From an uncultured Actinomycetota bacterium (GTDB lineage Bacteria > Actinomycetota > Actinomycetes > Actinomycetales > Micrococcaceae), in contig CAWFGT010000011.1 of the NCBI GenBank assembly GCA_963815415.1, positions 127,386-191,385 on the forward strand: DNA of 64,000 nucleotides. The letters run 5' to 3'. Under the pieces are notes generated by a model. The model was given only the letters and a program-made list of their open reading frames with translations. It had not been told where the DNA came from and searched no databases. Position 1 is the first letter of the stretch; every line of letters begins with the position of its first letter. Shown here piece after piece: positions 60,463 through 64,000 of the stretch. A program made the translations under genes and the position numbers.

Positions 60463-61561
60463 TTCCTGGGACGAGTCCGACGTCCGCATCCGGCCCAACA
60501 AGAAGGGCACGCGCCCGCGCACCAAGGACCGGCCCAGCTACGACGACGCCCAGACCGGGCGCATCATCACCGTGGACCGGGGCCGGTATACCGCCGTCGT
60601 AGGCGAAGGAACCGCCGACGAACGCAAGGTCATCGCCGCCCGGGCCCGGGAGCTGCGCCGCAATCCGGTTGTCGCCGGCGATTTCGTCTCGCTGGTCGGG
60701 GATGTGAGCGGCGAACCGGACACCCTCGCCCGGCTCGTGAAAATCCAGGACCGCAAGACGCTCCTGCGGCGCAGCGCGGACGACACCGACCCGATCGAAC
60801 GGGCCGTGGTCGCCAACGCGGACACCCTCGTGATCGTGGTGGCAGCGGCCAATCCGGAGCCGCGCACCGGGTTCATCGACCGCGCCCTCGTGGCCGCCTA
60901 CGACGCCGGCATCTCGCCGCTGCTGCTGGTCACCAAGGCCGATGTCAAGGATCCCGCGGAGCTGCTCTCCAACTACCAGCACCTCGATTTTCCGGTGATC
61001 ATCAGCCGGACCGCGGATTCGGCCGCGTCGGGGATCGACGCCCGCTCCGATGACGGGCTCTCCGCCCGGCTCGACCGGGACGCCGTCTCCCAGCTGCGCG
61101 ACTACCTCGACGGCAAGGTGACCGTGATGATCGGCCATTCCGGCGTCGGGAAATCCACCATGGTGAACGCCCTGACCGGTGCCGAACGTGCCACCGGCGG
61201 CGTCAACGCCGTCACCGGACGCGGCCGCCACACCTCGTCCTCGGCCCTGGCCCTCAAGGTCAACGACGCTCCGGCCGGCAGTTGGATCATCGACACCCCC
61301 GGTATCCGTTCCTTCGGCCTGGCCCACGTGGACCCGGACCGGATCCTGCGCTCCTTCCCGGACCTCGAGCCGGGGACGGACGACTGCGAACGCGGCTGCA
61401 AACACAACACGGAAGCCGTCAACTGCGGCGTGGACGCCTGGGTGGCCGCCGGCCACGCGGGCCCCTCCGGACCGGCCCGGCTCGCCTCGCTGCGGCGCCT
61501 GCTCGGCACCGACCCGCGGATGGAAGCGCAGGACGCCAAGGAACTGGGCATCGTTTCCTAA
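60446..61561 (+). CDS. rsgA: Ribosome small-subunit-dependent GTPase A
   Basis: N-terminal basic/OB region ([20 protein letters not shown]), circularly permuted GTPase (TKADV ... GHSGVGKST) and a C-terminal zinc knuckle ([11 protein letters not shown]). GTG 60446 gives a 17-nt overlap with aroA. Confidence 0.9.
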   Translation: MARSTDSWDESDVRIRPNKKGTRPRTKDRPSYDDAQTGRIITVDRGRYTAVVGEGTADERKVIAARARELRRNPVVAGDFVSLVGDVSGEPDTLARLVKIQDRKTLLRRSADDTDPIERAVVANADTLVIVVAAANPEPRTGFIDRALVAAYDAGISPLLLVTKADVKDPAELLSNYQHLDFPVIISRTADSAASGIDARSDDGLSARLDRDAVSQLRDYLDGKVTVMIGHSGVGKSTMVNALTGAERATGGVNAVTGRGRHTSSSALALKVNDAPAGSWIIDTPGIRSFGLAHVDPDRILRSFPDLEPGTDDCERGCKHNTEAVNCGVDAWVAAGHAGPSGPARLASLRRLLGTDPRMEAQDAKELGIVS

Positions 61562-61654
61562 ACGCCGCCGCACGGCATCCGCTCAATCCCGCCATTCCCC
61601 GCCACTGAGCCCGGCCTGCCGCCCGGAAAGCGGCTTTGACGGTAGTTTGGAACC

Positions 61655-62476
61655 ATGAGTCAAACCGCTTCGAGCTACAACGACGACCTGCGACTTGCCC
61701 ATGTACTGGCGGACTCCGTCGATGCCCAGACGATGAGCCGCTTCAAGGCGCTCGACCTGCGGATCGAAACGAAGCCCGACCTCACGCCGGTCACTGACGC
61801 AGACAAGTCCGCGGAAGAAGCCATCCGCGGCCAGCTGTCCCGGTCGCGGCCCCGGGACGCCGTCCTCGGCGAGGAGTTCGGCAGTTCCGGCCACGGTTCC
61901 CGCCGCTGGATCATCGACCCGATCGACGGCACCAAGAACTTCGTCCGGGGCGTCCCCGTCTGGGCCACGCTAATCGCCCTCGTGGATGAAGGCGAACCCG
62001 TCCTCGGCGTCGTCAGCGCACCCGCGCTGGGGAAGCGCTGGTGGGCTGCCAAGGGGTCCGGCGCCTACACGGGCCGTTCGCTGGCCGCCGCCACCCGGCT
62101 CAAAGTGTCCAACATTTCCGAGCTTTCCGACGCGTCGCTGTCATATTCGAGCCTGACGGGCTGGAAGCAGCGCGGCAACCTGGATGAGTTCATCGGACTC
62201 ACCGAGGAGGTCTGGCGGACCCGCGCCTATGGCGACTTCTGGTCCTACTGCCTCGTGGCGGAGGGCGCCGTGGACATTGCCTGCGAGCCCGAGCTGAACC
62301 TCTACGACATGGCAGCCCTGGTGCCGATCGTGACCGAGGCCGGCGGCCGGTTCACGTCCCTGGAAGGCGAAGACGGCCCCTTCGGCGGCAACGCCCTCGC
62401 CACCAACTCCATCCTCCACTCGGAAGTCCTCAAACGCCTCAATCCGGGACTGGACGACCTCGAGGACCTGCTCTAA
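61655..62476 (+). CDS. hisN: Histidinol-phosphatase, inositol-monophosphatase family (HisN type)
   Basis: 273 aa. IMPase motifs ([30 protein letters not shown]-like YDMAAL) and an N-terminus typical of actinobacterial HisN. Confidence 0.85.
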   Translation: MSQTASSYNDDLRLAHVLADSVDAQTMSRFKALDLRIETKPDLTPVTDADKSAEEAIRGQLSRSRPRDAVLGEEFGSSGHGSRRWIIDPIDGTKNFVRGVPVWATLIALVDEGEPVLGVVSAPALGKRWWAAKGSGAYTGRSLAAATRLKVSNISELSDASLSYSSLTGWKQRGNLDEFIGLTEEVWRTRAYGDFWSYCLVAEGAVDIACEPELNLYDMAALVPIVTEAGGRFTSLEGEDGPFGGNALATNSILHSEVLKRLNPGLDDLEDLL

Positions 62477-62554
62477 CCACGCGCCGCGTAACAAACAGCT
62501 TCACATTAAGGGCCGCCTTTTCCTCCGCCGCCGGGATGTCCTACGCTCGAAACA

Positions 62555-62669
62555 GGTCACGAGTGCCAGCGCTAAACCCCGGTTTGCTGGCCGGCAACCC
62601 TCCATTCGCGGTGGGGTGCCCCGGGTGACGACCTGGCCGGTCCGGAGTGGATGCAGGCAAGCGCGGATC
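62555..62669 (+). promoter_or_regulatory. SAM-IV riboswitch aptamer
   Basis: GGUCACGAGUGCCAGCGCUAAACCCCGGUUUGCUGGCCGGCAACCCUCCAUUCGCGGUGGGGUGCCCCGGGUGACGACC...GCAAGCGCGGAUC. This is nearly position-for-position the conserved SAM-IV core as I recall it from actinobacterial examples (GCCGGCAACCCUCC / GGUGGGGUGCCCCGGGUGA). Confidence 0.85.
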
Positions 62670-62691
62670 CCCGGTGCGAGGGGTCCTTTTT
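62665..62691 (+). terminator. Riboswitch expression-platform terminator
   Basis: GGAUCCCC-GGUGCGA-GGGGUCC followed by UUUUU. It overlaps the 3' end of the aptamer and lies 13 nt before the ATG at 62704. Confidence 0.65.
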
Positions 62692-62703
62692 GAGCGAGGT
62701 CCC

Positions 62704-64000
62704 ATGACAACTGCCACTTTTCCCGTCACCTTTCCCGGTCTTTCCGACGCCCGCTTCGCGGCAGGACGCCAGCCGCTGGCCGCGGTCACAGGTGCCGAGA
62801 TCCTCACCCCGCTGATCCGCGGCGGCCACACCCGGTACGCCAACCTGGACTACGGCGCTTCCGCGCCGGCACTGTCCGTAGTCTCGGCCTACCTGAACGA
62901 GATCCTGCCCTACTACGCCAGCGTCCACCGCGGCGCCGGGTACGCCTCCCAGATCAGCACCTCGGTCTACGAGAACGCGCGCAGCATTGTCCGTGACTTC
63001 GTCGGCGGCCGCCCCGACGACTCCGTGATCTTCACCCGCAACACCACGGATTCCCTGAACCTGCTGGCAGGCTGCCTGCCGCTGAGCGACGGCCGGCACA
63101 CCGGAGAAGTGCTCTACCTCGACATCGAGCACCACGCCAACCTGCTGCCGTGGCAGAACGTTCCGCACCGCAGCGTCGTCGCGGCGCCCACCCTTGCTGC
63201 AACGGTGGACCGGCTGCGGCAGGAACTTGCCGCCGGCAACGTCAGCCTCCTGGCCGTGACCGGAGCGTCCAACGTCACCGGGGAAATCCTGCCGATCGGC
63301 ACCCTGGCCGCGCTGGCCCATGAACACGGCGCCCGGATCGTCGTAGACGCGGCGCAGCTCGCCCCGCACCGGCGGATCAATATCAGCGCGGACGACGTCG
63401 ATTACGTCGCCTTTTCCGGCCACAAGCTGTACGCACCGTTCGGAGCCGGTGTCCTCGTGGGGCGGACTGACTGGCTCGACGCCGGGACACCGCACCTTGC
63501 CGGCGGCGGCGCCGTGCGCGACGCGCGGCTGGATTCCGTCAGCTGGACCACCGGCCCCGCCCGGCACGAAGGCGGGTCCCCCAACGTCCTCGGCGCAGCG
63601 ACGCTGGCCCGGGCCACCCAGGTCATCGCGGCCCTGGACGAGAAGGAATGGCAGGCGCACGAAGACGCCATCCGGTCCTTCCTCATCGAAGGACTCGAGC
63701 GGATCGACGGCGTCACCGTCCACCGGATTTTCGCCGACACTCCGGCGGCCGGGCACGACGGCGGGCCCGGCAGCATCGGCGTCGTCAATTTCTCCCTCGC
63801 CGGTTTCGACGCGGGCCTGGTCGCCGCCTACCTCGCCGCCGAGCACGGCATCGGCCTGCGCGACGGACGCTTCTGCGCCCACCCGCTGCTGAAACGTCTG
63901 GGGCTGCCCGGCGGTTCGCTGCGCGCCAGCTTCGGCCTCGGCTCACGGCTTGAGGATGCACAGCGGCTGCTCACCGGCATCGAACAACTCCTGCGGACCG
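62704..64000 (+). CDS. Class-V aminotransferase / cysteine-desulfurase-like PLP enzyme; 3' end outside the window
   Basis: Absent from the ORF track (no in-window stop). ATG 62704 with a GAGG SD. The translation contains RNTTDSLNLL and FSGHKLYAPFGAGVL (PLP-lysine HK), then ...HEGGSPNVLG. The antisense 436-aa ORF is rejected. Confidence 0.85.
   Translation, partial: MTTATFPVTFPGLSDARFAAGRQPLAAVTGAEILTPLIRGGHTRYANLDYGASAPALSVVSAYLNEILPYYASVHRGAGYASQISTSVYENARSIVRDFVGGRPDDSVIFTRNTTDSLNLLAGCLPLSDGRHTGEVLYLDIEHHANLLPWQNVPHRSVVAAPTLAATVDRLRQELAAGNVSLLAVTGASNVTGEILPIGTLAALAHEHGARIVVDAAQLAPHRRINISADDVDYVAFSGHKLYAPFGAGVLVGRTDWLDAGTPHLAGGGAVRDARLDSVSWTTGPARHEGGSPNVLGAATLARATQVIAALDEKEWQAHEDAIRSFLIEGLERIDGVTVHRIFADTPAAGHDGGPGSIGVVNFSLAGFDAGLVAAYLAAEHGIGLRDGRFCAHPLLKRLGLPGGSLRASFGLGSRLEDAQRLLTGIEQLLRT

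Overview
High-GC actinobacterial chromosome segment; gene content and protein features suggest Micrococcales (Arthrobacter-like), which is an inference. It is mostly core housekeeping DNA. Positions 1-26.7 kb are a single minus-strand block, argS-lysA-hom-thrC-thrB-rho-prfA-prmC-tsaC/sua5-tagA-(GT2 on plus)-wecA-atpI/Z-atpBEFHAGDC-DUF2550-esterase-DUF2156. This is syntenic with the mycobacterial Rv1292-Rv1312 region, but no rpmE lies between rho and prfA. The rest is mixed-strand:
- a three-gene flavinylation/electron-transfer module (FMN-binding lipoprotein, ApbE, RnfD/NqrB-like membrane domain fused to an FNR-type reductase)
- tRNA-Arg(CCG)
- a protealysin-like M4 protease with an emfourin-like inhibitor, then GlxA and HrpA
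- HIT protein and alcohol dehydrogenase
- a DUF222/HNH (13E12-type) gene
- rhodanese and a CysK-like enzyme
- zur plus znuACB with a perfect palindromic Zur-box candidate
- two tandem CNNM/CorC genes behind a 300-nt structured leader
- guaB1, kgd and an SGNH-fold protein that has lost its catalytic triad
- DUF4097-PadR, a 24-codon bL37 gene missing from the ORF track, and sigH-rshA with a GGAAT-N18-GTT promoter
- doxX-aroA-rsgA-hisN
- a SAM-IV riboswitch ahead of a class-V aminotransferase that runs off the right edge

No CRISPR array, rRNA, transposase or prophage genes were seen. Many long ORFs in the track are GC-driven antisense artefacts. Two real genes are absent from the track because they run off the window edges. 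The best candidates for something new are the flavinylation module (26.8-29.8 kb), the structured CNNM leader (48.6-48.9 kb) and a family of short GAACAnTGC tandem repeats at two intergenic loci.
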